64,000 bases of DNA. Origin: Camelus ferus. Taxonomy: Eukaryota. The DNA lies in assembly GCF_009834535.1 (NCBI RefSeq), contig NC_045697.1, positions 28,460,001 to 28,524,000 on the forward strand, in the 5' to 3' direction. The first letter of the stretch is position 1. Every line of letters starts with the position of its first letter. A model generated the notes under the pieces. That model saw only the letters and a program-made list of their open reading frames with translations, ran no database searches and was not told the DNA's origin. The translations under genes were made by a program, and so were the position numbers. Shown here one piece after another: positions 25,783-38,705 of this stretch.

Positions 25783-27661
25783 TTATATATATATTTATGA
25801 AACAGCATAAGCTCATTCGTGAAAATTTAGAATAAACAGAAAAGTAATTCTATCACTCAGAGGAAACAATTTCTTAAACTACTTAAAGGCATAGCTGTCA
25901 AAAGGATTTCCACCAAATGTTAAAAAACTGGGGGAAAAAAATGACCAATATAACTAAATTAATATTCAAGCTCTAGAGTTTTGCCTTTATATTGAGGTGA
26001 AGAAGTAAAATTCCACTCACAGAAATAAGTGTATATTTGGCTTACAAGTGGGGCTGGCTCATGGGTCACAAATACCACAAATACAACAAACACTTGTTTT
26101 CCCATAAGGATTTCAGTAAGATTATTTTCAACTAGAAAAACAGGTTTTAGCTTTACTGCTGAAGCCAAAATTTGAGCTGCTTATTAGAGGGCACACTATA
26201 GATGAATGACCACCACTGAAGAGGCAACATAAAAAATGTGGAATGGGGGAACCACCATCCACCACCCCCAAAAACTAACGCAAAGTCTGCATATTACTTT
26301 CTTGTCCAGAGGCATATAATTATTACCTTGTTGCACCAATGGACTACATTGTGACAAAATTTCTACTTTGGGTCAGGCCCTGTACTAGCTCCTATTTCTC
26401 TAAGGTGTTATATTTACAGAATTTGATGGGATGTCCAGTTCACATAGTAATAACAGTAATTAATAATGCAATAACAAGCCCCTGTTTAAAGACACTTAAC
26501 TGTGTTTTAGTTTTGTACACATAATTAAGTGGCACCTAGCGTTAGAGATGTGAACTATAAATAACTAGCCTATTAATAAGTGCAATTTGGAAATATGTCA
26601 AAAGCCTTAAAATGTGCAAAAGGATGTTTTTTCAATTATTTTTCAGAACAGAAAAAATATCAGCAACCTAAGATTCCAACAAAAGGGAATTATTTAAACA
26701 TTATGCATTGCCATAATGAATTAGTATTCAGTTGGTAAATATTTTTAAGGTTAATATATGTTGATATATTCACAATAAGGTAGTGAAAAAGAACACATAC
26801 AAAGTGATCTCACTTTATAAAGTATATATGAAACCTAGTTGTGCCAGGCTTCACCATCCTGTGAATGTCATACTTCCATTATTACAGTCAAATTATTATG
26901 GTACAAGACTGGATTGGCTATTATTTCCCCTCGAGGTACCCCTCGTGTTATTTCTGTCCTGAAAAAGGATGCCTCATATAATGGCCTCCAAGTCTGTCAG
27001 CTACATTCACCATGTGGGATCCATCTTCCTTCTCTGATTCTCACGTCACCATCACCATTGCCCATAAAGCCAGGTGGAGAAACCTCCTTACTGCCCATGC
27101 CCTCCTGAGAATGCTAATGTCAGAGCCGAAGGAATGACTCTAATGTCTCCCTCCCAAAGCTTCCAAACTTTGGGGAAAAATGGCCTCCTTCCTTTGCTCA
27201 CAAGTTTTCAGAACTGCCAATGGATGCAAATAGATGCTAGGGAAAGCATGAGGGGTTTGAGCTAGTAGCCTCGATGTTCAGTTCAACCAGCCAAAAGTGC
27301 CCTGTTCCACATATACTTGCCTCCAAAAAGGTCTAGAAGGGTTTACATCAAGTTGTCAACAACTGTGGTCATCTTTTAGTATTCTGGAAGTTTTTCCTTT
27401 TCTTTTTTTAATCTGTGAATTTATAATTTTATTCAATGAATGGGTTTTATTTTTGAGGCAGGACCAAAAAAACCCACAATTTTTTAAGTTAACGATTAAA
27501 TATTTAAACAGGAAATACATTACTGAGAACCATTTCCTTAAAGGGAAAACTAATAATTTAAGAATTATTAGTAAGAATAATTTCTGGCAAATATTCAGTC
27601 ATATTCTGGTCTCTAACTCTTCCCCCAATGTCAAGTCTCCATCTGTCCCATCATTACTTAC

Positions 27662-27710
27662 ATTCCTGAAGACATTCTGTGTCTGTGCAGTAGGACTGGG
27701 ACTGCCTCAA
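27662..27710 (-). CDS. SMIM14: SMIM14 second coding exon (LRQSQSYCTDTECLQE + 1 nt), 49 nt
   Basis: Acceptor ttttttttattcgttgtag|TTG, donor GAAT|gtaagt. Phase is compatible with the neighbouring exons. Confidence 0.97.
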
Positions 27711-27968
27711 CTACAACGAATAAAAAAAAGGAAAGTTAGCCATTGGACTTAACCAAAAGTGGATACTATTTACTAGAAAGATCACGTTTTGTTTTTTAAT
27801 GAATGCCATACTGTCAAAATCAGATGAAAACACAGAATACACAAAGGAGCTGTTCAATTTAAGGGCATTCTTTTCTCCTCAAAATAATATTCAAATATAC
27901 TGGAATCTAGTGCAATTCATCCATTTTAAACAGGAATTTTAAAAAAATCACCTGAGACAGATCTAACC

Positions 27969-28982
27969 AACAGCTCATACAGCTCAATGTCAAAAAAAAC
28001 AAACAATCCAATCAAAAAATGGGCAGAAGACCTAAACAGACATTTCTCCAAAGAAGACATACAGATTGCCAACAGGCACATGAAAAGATGCTCAACATCA
28101 CCAATTATAAGAGAAATGCAAATCAGAACTATAATGAGTTATCACCCTCACACCAAAGGACAGAATCAAAATCAGAATGGTCATCAAAAAGTTCACAAAT
28201 AATAAATGCTGGCGAGGGTGTGGAGAAAAGGGAACCTTCCTACACTGCTGGTGGGAATATAAATTGGTGCAGCCACTATAGAGGATGGTATGGAGGTTCC
28301 TTAAAAAACTAAAACTAGAGTTACCATATGATCCAGCAATCCCATTTCTGGGCATCTATTTGGAAAAGATAAAACTAATTCAAAAAGATACATGCCCCCA
28401 ATGTTCACAGCAGCATGATTTACAACAGCCCACAGAAGCAACTTAAATGTTCACTGACAGATGAATGGATAAAAATGATGTGGTGTATACACACACACAC
28501 ACACACAGAAATATTACACAGCTATAAAAAAAGAATGAAATAATGCCATCTGCAGCAACAAGATGGGTCTAGAGATTATCATACTAAGTGAAGTAAATAA
28601 CATATGATGTCACTTACATGTGGAATCTTAAAAGACGATACAAATGAACTTGTTTACAAAACAGAAACAGACTCACCAACATACTTAGTTACCAAAGAAA
28701 GAAAACAAACTTACAGTTAACAAAGGGGAAAGGGGAGGATAAATTAGGAATTTGAGATTAATAGATACTACTACATATAAAATAAACAACAAGGACCTAC
28801 TGCATAACACAGGGAATTATTTTCAATATCCTGTAATAACCTATAATGGGAAAGAACATATATATATATATATATATATATGTATATGTGTGTATAACTG
28901 AATCACTTTGCTCTACACCTAAAACACTGTAAATCAACTGTACTTCCATAAGTTAAAAAAAAAAAAGAGAGAGAGAAAAAAA
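27969..28982 (+). mobile_element. LINE-1 3' portion (decayed ORF2 C-terminus plus 3' UTR) with internal (CA)n and (TA)n
   Basis: Peptide [33 protein letters not shown]; frameshifted; A-tail. Confidence 0.95.
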
Positions 28983-29404
28983 GACCCTGGGCAAGTTCTT
29001 TAACACTTCTAAGCTTTAGTTTCTGGTAAACAAGGATAATACTATCTTTATCTGAGTACTAGTGAGAATTAAAATACTTAACACATGTGAAATGTAGTAA
29101 CAATACAAGAAAGAAGAAACATTAGCTACTATTATTACTGTGTCATACAAATTATGATCTCATCTAAAACAATTACTGGAATTAACAACAGAACAAATCA
29201 TTTTATACATTTTGTTCCCTGTGATGATCAGGCTTGCTTTGGTATATACCACTAGAAGTAGTTCTATTTGAATTAGAATGGAAAAACTTTAATTTTGGAA
29301 GCTTGTGAATTAGATTAGATCCTAATTAAAATATGCTGGCTATCTTAACCTTTTCTAAATATGAAAAGAATCAGTCTAAAAACTCTTTAAAAATTGTATA
29401 TTCT

Positions 29405-30072
29405 ATGGCTATTATCAAAAAGACAATAAATAACAAGTGTTGGTGAGGATGTGGAGAAAAGGGAACCCCTGTGCACTATTGGTGGGAATGTAAATTGGTT
29501 GTAGCCACTATGGAAAACAGTATGGAGGTTCCTCAAAAAATTAAAAATAGAACTACGATTTGATCCAGCAATTCCACCCCTGAGTATTAACCTAAAGAAA
29601 ACAAAACCACTAAATCAAAAAGATACAAGCAAACTCATGTTTTGTGCAGCATTTACAACAGCCAAGACTTGGAAATAACCTAAGTGTCCACTGAAGAATG
29701 GATAAAGAAAAAGAACACACACACAGGAGTACTGTTTAGCCATAAAAAAGAATGAACTCTTGCCATTTGTGACAACATGGATGGACCTTGAGGAAATTAT
29801 GCTAAATGAAGTAAGTCAGACAGAAAAAGATAAATACCATATGCTTCTATTTATATGTGGAATCTAAAGACAAAAAACTCATGATTATAGAGAACAGACT
29901 GGTGGTTGCCTGGGGCAGGGGAAGAAGGGTGGGTGAAATGGGTGAAGGGAGTTAAAAGGTACAAATTTCCAGTTATAAAATGAATAAGTTATGGGAATGT
30001 AATGGACAGCATGGTGACTATAGTTAATAATACTGTTAAAAATTATACATTCTAAAGAAATAGAAAAAAAAA
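29405..30072 (+). mobile_element. LINE-1 3' portion
   Basis: gaggatgtggagaaaagggaaccc and acaacatggatggaccttgag ORF2-end/3' UTR motifs. Confidence 0.9.
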
Positions 30073-30892
30073 GGCTACGAGACCTTGGGTCACAAATCGG
30101 ACCTAATGAACCTCCTAATGTGCATATATTTTGTTTAGGTTTTATTAATTTATTAATTCTCCCCTGATAAGTAATATGTGTACATAGTACAAAATTCAAA
30201 AGTACACTGTATGCAAGGTAAATATGTCACTCTCTCCTGTCCTTCAGCCACCACAGTACTCAGATTTTTTGTGTATCTCTCCAGAAATGTCCTTACATTT
30301 TTATATGCATATATATCTTTTCACATTACTCCTCCACCTCTAAGTAGCAATGTAGAGAATATAAAACAAGAAGAGATTAAGTAAAAAGGTTCTTGGATTG
30401 AATAAGAACTACCTAATTACTTAAGATATCAAATAAGGAGTAAAAGTAACTTTCCTGGGTTTAATCTTTAGCAATGACATAGCACATCCCAAAACCTACA
30501 GCTATAATTGAAATGATCAATGAATTATCAGTTCATCGTACATTATGTAACTCAAATACCAGCCCTGGATTTTGGCTATAGCTCTACTGAAAGTGCTGCC
30601 CTTTTCTTAGGGTCTGACTTTCTGGCTATTTGTAGCTCAACATACCTAACAAATAACATGCTTTCCATGTGGAAAGCCTCTAAATCTTCATAGATCCATT
30701 TTCTCACAAATCTACTTCCATACAGGGCCATATCAGCAGCTCTAGGCTTCTTCCTCATGCCACCATCAACCTCATGCTTTTCCAGTGTGGGTCAACCAGA
30801 TAAGATGCTCACTGGGTTCTGTTTTCTCTTCCCTGTGACTCTGCAGGTCTGGGTTTCACCCCGTACCTTTGTAGTGGATTTGTGGACTATAT

Positions 30893-31067
30893 AGTAAGGG
30901 CCACCAAACTACAACCTGCAGGCTAGAGGCCTATTTTTATAAAGTTTTACTGAAACATAGCCACACCCACTTATTTACTTATCATCTATTGCTGCTTTCA
31001 CTACAACAGCTGAGTTTAGTAGCTGTCATAGAGACTCTAAGTTTAAAATATTTACTGTCTAGCCCTA
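30893..31067 (+). mobile_element. MER58A-like hAT MITE
   Basis: taaagttttactgaaacatagccacaccca ... aaaatatttactgtct. Confidence 0.7.
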
Positions 31068-31224
31068 AAACCACTCAACACTACTGATAAGGATACCAGT
31101 TAAAGATACCGAGGACATACTCAAGAAATAAGAGAAAAAACAAGTATTTCTATGTAGCTATATAAAAATGTTCATTTAGAAATGTGAGATGCTCATTAAT
31201 TATGTCTAGTTACAATGTAACAAT

Positions 31225-31630
31225 CATTCACTTATTTATTCAAAATATTTACTAAATGCCTACTATGTGCCAAATATAGTTCCAGGAACTGAGGATAAGG
31301 TGTAAAAAAGACCAATTCTCTACTCTTATGGATCATATATAGTCTTGTGGGGGAAATCAGGCAATTAACAAATATAAAAATGTCAAGAGAGCCATGCAGA
31401 GAACCAAAACAGGATGGCATACAGTGGCAGTCCAGTAGCCGCTTTAAATTAGGCTGACAGAGGCTGTTAACACTTAAGGGACTATCTACATGATAGTAAC
31501 AGTAAAGATCTGGAGGTTGAGCGTGCCGGGCATTCCAGGCAGAGTAAACAACTAGGAAAGGCCCCTAGATGAAAGGTGGCTATGAACTGATGTTGAGGAA
31601 CCACAAAGCCACTGTGGCTGGGGCACAGAA
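31225..31630 (-). mobile_element. LINE-2 3' end
   Basis: attcaaaatatttactaaatgcctactatgtgcca tail motif. Confidence 0.7.
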
Positions 31631-33349
31631 GCCGCATTACTTAGCCGCTGTATTCAGTCAACCTCAGAACCAAATGCTCTCTATATATGCTCAAACCAGT
31701 ACAGTTTGCTGTTACTGTCATTAGTCTGACTGCCTCCAAGTCTAAGACATATAGCAGACACCTATTGTTTCATCAATGTGTAACAGGAACACTTTCTATC
31801 TTATCAGAAATACATTTAAATAGAGAGATATTTTAATGATATAGTAAAATTTATATTAATTTTTATTTTAATTTATGTTACATTATAATACAAATAACAT
31901 TACAGAATACTTAGAAATTAATGTGGATTAATTCTCTGCCATAATACAATTATCATTATTATGTTTTCTAGTCTTAAAATGTGCACATTTTCAAATAATT
32001 ACAATTATAATAACAAATGTTTATTGGGAACTTGTATGTAGTAGGTACTACACTAATAACTTTAACTTATTTAATCCTTACATCCACTGGCAGGAGGCAG
32101 GTGCTATTATTCCTTACTTTATGGATAAAGAAACTTGAGTTTGGGGGAGGTTAGCTAACATATCCAATACTAACCCTGAAGTCTAAATTTTTAATCACAA
32201 TTTTTCTCTATAATGTATAATTTTGTATCATAATTTTAGTTAACATATCATTAGCATAAAACACTGTGTCACCAACCACAATTCTGAGTGGTTACAAAAT
32301 ACTCCAGTGAGTTGATATAACTGAACTGAAGCAAATTCAGAGTAAAGTGAAAATAACCATAGATACAGTTACCTAACAGTCTTTAAGATTAACACAGCCA
32401 ATGTCTTCCTTCAGCACTAAGAAAGATATCTTTTCCCTTTGGGACTATGGTAAAAAAAAAACAACAGTAATGTACAATTTGTCCTGCTATTCAAGTTTCT
32501 AGAAAGTTAATTAATCCACATACAACTGGTAAATATACAAATTATGTCAGTTTAATGTAGTAACAGTATTGGTACATAAGTGATTTTTCCTGGGTAAGAG
32601 AAGTCAGAGTAGGAGGCCAAATTATAACTTTGAGCAGGAAACAGTAAAGGCCTTACTCAAGCCATGCACCTCAGTTTTCTCTTGACTTATTTGGAGAATA
32701 CAGTGGGAATTACTGATGCTGATTTTGGCTACTTTAAAAGGAAACCATTCGTGAAAACAAACAATTAAAAGAAAACGAAGAATAATATGTGAAGGACACA
32801 GGCATGGCAGAATCTATAAACTTCAAATATGCTCTGTATTACAGTGGGGTGGGGGGAACCACATGTGGACTACCTATATCCAATAGTTGCTGTCCAGGTA
32901 ATCTTTCATGTTAAACACTGACCCCAGCATCCCAGGGAAGAATTAAAAATAGATTCGGATTTCCCCACCTCATCAGGATGGTTATGGAAAGTTTTTTAGA
33001 TGAGTTAGCATTAATATCACACAGACAACATAGTATGAGTAGAATAAATGTTTTTCTTCATTGGAGAAAAAGGCAGAAAACAGAGGTTAAAAGAACATAA
33101 GAGTCTTGGCATGGAGATTCCATGTTAGGCAAAATTGTAGAACCTAAAATAATCTCTTAGGATATCCAGGAAGCCTAATATAGAACCTTGGCTGTCAAAG
33201 ACTCATGGAGAAAACATAGATCAAAGAGAAGATTCTAATGACAAAAAACAGGTAAATGAACTTCTACAAGGCATATTACCTTGGAGAAATTCTTTCAAAA
33301 AAATTGCAAAAAAACAGAAAGTCTCTCTTTGGACTTACCAAAATGTACC

Positions 33350-33726
33350 TGCTATGGGTGTTTGTGCCCCTTCCCCCATATTTGTATTTTAGAGCCCTAA
33401 CCCCCAATGTGATGTAATATGGAGGTGGGGTCTTTGGGAGGTGATTATGTTTAGATGACATCATGAGAGTAAAGCCACCATGATGAAATTAGTGCCCTTG
33501 TAAGAGGGAGAGACCAGAGCTCTTGTTCTCTCTGTGCCTTGTCAGGATACAGCAAGAAGGTGGATGTCTGCAAACCATGAAAAGAGTCAAATCACCAGAC
33601 ACCAAATCTGGCAGCACCTTGATCTTGGACTTCCCAGTGCCTCCAGAACTGTGAGAAATCAGTATTTGCTGTTGAAGCCACCCAGTCTGTGGTGTTTTGC
33701 TGTAGCAGCCTGAGCTAACTAAGACA
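33350..33726 (+). mobile_element. Complete solo MaLR LTR (MLT1A-like)
   Basis: TG...CA ends (tgctatgg ... ctaagaca) with a perfect 5-bp TSD GTACC at 33345-33349 and 33727-33731. Confidence 0.92.
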
Positions 33727-34959
33727 GTACCTAGACAAGAACTTATTTGCTATTTTTCTATGTCTGATGCTCAAGAACCACATGTATATTGGAGGTGCTT
33801 TCTTTCTCATGGATCTACCTGTGGACTGGTAAATAGTGTGGTACAGAACAGTGGTTAAAAGGAGAAGCTCTAGAGTCAGAGGTACCTGGGTTCAAATTCT
33901 GTCTCTGTTACTTTCTCAGGCAGAGTTTCAAACTATAACAAAACCAACAACAAAAAAGTACTTTTAAAATCAACGGTAAACAGTTGGTCAATGTCCTCTC
34001 TGACCACACCACACACAAGCTCACGGTCATAAGGTTGGCCTGAAATAACCTTAGACTGCCAAAACCTATCTCTACCTAATTTTTAATGCTGCACAGAATT
34101 TCACTTAATTGCATCATCTTTAATTTTGTATATGAAAAACAAGTTGTAGTGAATCTTCTTATAAGTATATTCTTACACATTTGATTAATCTCTTTAGGGT
34201 AAGAAAAGTTGCTAGAATGAAGGTATGTACACTCTAAGTTTTGCTATACAATGCCAAATTATGAGGAGAGGAATTTTAAAGAAATGACAAAATACGAAGA
34301 TAGCATATTCAAATCAAGTTTTCCTGTGTGGAAAGTCCAGTGTTTCAACTGGGAGACAGCTAGAACCTAATATATCTGATCACATTTAGTCTTAATGACT
34401 AAGTAGCATCTCTACATATTTTCTTACAACATTAACAAAAGTAACTTGGAAAGACCACAATAATCTATGCACATTTAAGGCATAGGCTGAGAATTCTGAA
34501 AATACTTTTTGAACATCTAACACTAATAGGTTGGGCTACTTTGCCCAAATGATATGCATACACTCTCCCCAATCATATAAAAATACCTTCTGAATTTGAG
34601 TTTAATACATTGAACCAAAAATCATCACGTAATTTGTGACCACTGATTAGACAACAACAGAACTTTTATATACTATACCCCTATGGTACAGTCTATTTTG
34701 ATTATACATAAAGATACAGATATAGATACATTACTGTCCACAAACCCAACGTAACCCTGGGCCAAGTGAGCAATAATAGACATGCATGGGATGGGTGAGT
34801 AGGGGGCAATGGAAGAAAGACTGACATTTTGGTCTGTATTTCTACATTATCTCAAGTGTCCATAATTTAGATATTCACATACTACATGTGCTATTAAAAG
34901 AAAAGACAATATTCCAATACCATGACACTGGTAAAAATGAGGCTGACTTTGATTTGCTG

Positions 34960-35285
34960 TTAGGAATTGAATATTTAATTTATGAAATTCTAACCCCCAG
35001 TTTTATGGTATTAGGAAGTGCCTTTCAGGGGTGATTAGGTCATGAGGGTAGAGCCCTCACGAGTGAGATTAAAGTCTTATAAAAGAGATCCCAGAATGCT
35101 CTCTTGCCCTCTCTCCACCATGTAAGGATACAAGATCCACAACCTGGAAGAAGGCTCTCACCAGAATCCAGCCATGCTGGCACCCTGATGTTGGGCTTCC
35201 AAACTCCAGAACTGTGAGAAAAAAAATTTCTGTTGTTTATAAGCCATCCAGTCTACAGTATTCTGTTTTAGAAAACTGAAGTAAG
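34960..35285 (+). mobile_element. MLT1A-like LTR, partial
   Basis: Similar to 33350-33726 (ctccagaactgtgagaaa, aagccatccagtcta). Confidence 0.8.
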
Positions 35286-35394
35286 AAAGTTGCTAATATG
35301 AAAAGATACGTGAAGTGAAAAAAAAAAACAAGTTTCAGAAATATATATAAAAGATGATCCAGTTCTGTGTAAAACAAATTTCTAGAAAGATAAA

Positions 35395-37388
35395 TGTGGT
35401 GGACTGTATTTTCTAAAAATGGCCACAGCAGTATTTCTAACCATACATGCTCTTCCAGAATCTTGCCAACCCCCATCAAGAGGTGGAGTCTCTTAACTCA
35501 AATAGTTTAAAATTAATTTAAATTAAAATTAATTAATGTAAATTAACTCAAAATAGATTAAAGACTTGAATATATGACCTGAAACCATAAAATTCCTAAA
35601 AAAATTACACAGGTGGTAAGTAAGCTTCCTGGCATTAATCATGGTGATGAGTTTTTCAATCTGACTCCAAAAGCATAGGTAACAGAAGCAAAAATAAGTA
35701 AGTGAGTAAAATGATTATAAATCAATAAAAAATTATAAATAAATAAATAAATAAGTGAGACTACATCAAACTAAAAAGCTTCTGCATAGCAAAGAAAAGG
35801 TAACTTAACTGAATGGGAGAAGATACTTGCGACTCACGTATCAGATAAGGGGTTAATATCCAAAATATATAAAGGGTTCATACAATTCAATAACCAGAAA
35901 AACCCCAAACAATCTGATTAAGAAATGAGCAGAAGATCTCAAGAGACACTCTTCCAAAAGAGCCATACAGATGGCCTACAGGTACATGAAGAGATGCTCA
36001 ACATCACTAATCATTAGGGAAATGCAAATCAAAACCACAATGAGGTATCACCTCACATCTGTTAGAATGACTACTGTCAAAAAGACAAGAAATAACAAGT
36101 ATTGGCGAGGATGTGAAGAAAAGGGAAACTTTGTGCAGTTGGTAGAAATGTACATTGGTGCAGTCACTATGACAGACAATATAGAGATTCCTTAAAAAAA
36201 TTAAAAATAGAGCTGCTATATGATCCAGCAATTCCACTTCTGGGTATTTACCTGAAAACAGAAACACTAATTTGAAAAGATACATGCATTTCCATGTTCA
36301 CTGCAGCATTATTTTCAATAGCCAAGATATGGAAACAACCTAAACGTCCGTTGAGGAATGAACAGATGAAGATGTGGTATGTACACATACAATGGAATTA
36401 TTATTCGGCCTTAAGAAAGAACAAAATCTTGCCTTATGCTACAACATGGATGGACCTTCAGGGAATTATGCTAAGTGAAATAAGTCAAACAGAGAAAAGA
36501 AAAATACTGTATGATCTCATTTATATGTGGAATTTAAAACAACAACAAAAGATCAAGCTCGAAGATACAGAGAAGAAACTGGTGGTTGCCAGAGGTGGTG
36601 GACTGCTGGTGAATGAAATGGGTGAAAGGGATCAAAATGTACAAACTTTCAGTTATAAAATAAGTCGTGGGGATATAATGTACAGTACACATTATATATA
36701 CAGTATACAGTATGGTGATGATAGTTAACAATACTATATTGCATATTTGAAAGTTGCTGAAAGAGTAAATCTTAGAAGTTCTTATCACAAGAAAAAAAAC
36801 TGTGTATAGTGACGAGTGTTACTTAGACTTACTGTGGTGATCATTTCCCAATATATACACGTTGTACACCTGAAACTAATGTTATTTGTCAATTATGCCT
36901 CAATTTTAAAAAAGAAGTGGAATCTATGCCCCCTCCTCTTGAAGCTGAGCAGGCTTCAGCCAAAAGTATAGCTTAGATGTGTGTATGTGATTTCTTAAGC
37001 GAGGTCACCAAAAGTATACAGCTGCTGCCTGGTTCTCTTCCTCCCTCTTCCTCTCTTAGGATGGATGCTTTCCCCCTGGAACCAAGCCACTGCACTGAGA
37101 GGGAGCCAAGCAGCCGTATGAAGAGCCATATGTAGAATTCTGCTGACAGTACTAGGTACGGTTTCAGCCACTAGATAGCATCAAACAGTGAGTGAGCAAG
37201 CCTCCAGATGCTTCCTGCTTCCAGCCTCTGAATCTTGCAGCTAAGAATCCAGACATTACACAGCAGACAAGCCATCTCCACTGTGCTTTATATGAACTCC
37301 AGTCACATAATTTGTCAACTTAATTAAAAGGCTATTATGCCATTAAGTTTTGGGGTAATCTGTTATACACTCATAATAACTGGAATAT
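35395..37388 (+). mobile_element. MLT1F/G-like LTR split by an L1 (halves about 35395-35491 and 36912-37388)
   Basis: tgtggtggactg ... aaaatggccaca start, ttaagttttggggtaatctgttatac end; sequence is continuous across the L1 TSD. Confidence 0.75.
35492..36911 (+). mobile_element. LINE-1 3' 1.4 kb
   Basis: ORF2 peptides [23 protein letters not shown] and MFTAALFSIAKIWKQPK; TSD aaga(g/a)gtgga(g/a)tct at 35478-35491 and 36912-36925. Confidence 0.95.
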
Positions 37389-37550
37389 AAAAGAAACTGA
37401 GTAACTTATAATCAGTAAAATGGCAATGAGAGGCGGAGGAACATAGGAGATTTTTACTTTTCCCTTTCCACACTTAGTACTGCTTGAATTTTGTGCCATG
37501 AGGACATTCAATAGTTATTTTATCTTTAAAATAAAATATAACCTCATTTC

Positions 37551-38705
37551 TGTGAAAATAAAGGAAAACCAGGAGGCCAGAAGGGGGAGCTGTCACACAG
37601 TACCACTTAATGTCAATTATGAGAATGGTCAATCATAGACTTAATCATCAAAAGGAGAGAATCATCAATTTACAGGTTCCAACAGGAAAAGAGGTACATT
37701 GCATTTCCTGTAAGAAATCAACTACCCCAGCAACTCAGCCAATGAAAAACGATCATCACCCTGAACTCTCATTTTTCTCCAGTGGGCTTTTGTTCAAAAC
37801 AATCCCTTCCAACTTGCCTCTTTTTTCTTTATAAAATGGCATCCCTCTCTTCTTTAACTGTTGGACTTGTTTGCATGGTTTTTTGCTGTGGCTTGTTGTC
37901 CTAAACTGCAATTCTCTGCTATTCCCAAATAAACCCATTCTTGCTAGTAAAATAACTGACTTTTCTTTTTTTTTTTATTACGGTATAGTCAGTTACAATG
38001 TGTCAATATCTGGTGTACAGCACAATGTCCCAGTCATGTATATATATATACATATATTCATTTTCATAAAAGATTATTACAAGATATTGAATATAGTTCC
38101 CTGTGCTATGCAGAGGAAATTTGTTTTTTTAAACATATTTTTATATATGGTGGCTAACATTTGCAAATTTCAAACTCCCAAATGTATCCCTTCCCACCCC
38201 ATTTCACCTGGTAACCGTAAGACTGTTTACTATGTCTGCAAGTCTGTTTCTATTTTGTAGATGAGTTCATTAGTGCTCTCTTTTTTTCTTTTTTCAGATT
38301 CCACATATGAGTGATATCATATAGTATTTTTCTTTCTCTTTCTGGCTTACTTCACTCAGAATGATTAATCTCTAGGTCCATCCATGTTGCTGCAAATGGC
38401 ATTATTTCATTCTTTTTTTTTTTTTTTACAGCTGAGTAGTATTCCATCGTATAAATATACCACAATTTCTTTATCCAGTCATCTGTTGGTGGACATTTAG
38501 ATTGCTTCCATGCCTTGGCTATTGTAAATAGTGCTGCTATGAACATTGGGGTGCATGTATCTTTTTGAATTAAGGTTCCCTCTGGATATATGCCCAGGAG
38601 TAGGATTGCTGGATCATATGTTAAATATATTTTTAATTTTTTGAGGAATCTCCATACTGTTTACCATAATGGCTGCACCTGACTGTTTTATTTTCAAGGC
38701 CAACA
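37551..38705 (+). mobile_element. ERV1-type solo LTR interrupted near its 3' end by an L1
   Basis: TG start tgtgaaaat, CCAAT at ~37739, TATAAAA at ~37830, AATAAA at 37928-37933, terminal aaggccaaca ending at 38705 beyond the L1. Confidence 0.7.
37962..38678 (-). mobile_element. LINE-1 3' end
   Basis: Poly(T) start, peptide [19 protein letters not shown]...PFAATWMDLE, approximate TSD ctgact. Confidence 0.93.

Noticed and set aside
26928..26946. cctcgaggtacccctcg with overlapping XhoI/KpnI sites, polylinker-like
   Set aside because: Too short and no other vector sequence nearby.
27297..27752. 151-aa plus-strand ORF overlapping a SMIM14 exon
   Set aside because: Non-ATG start, AT-rich random composition, antisense to the real exon.
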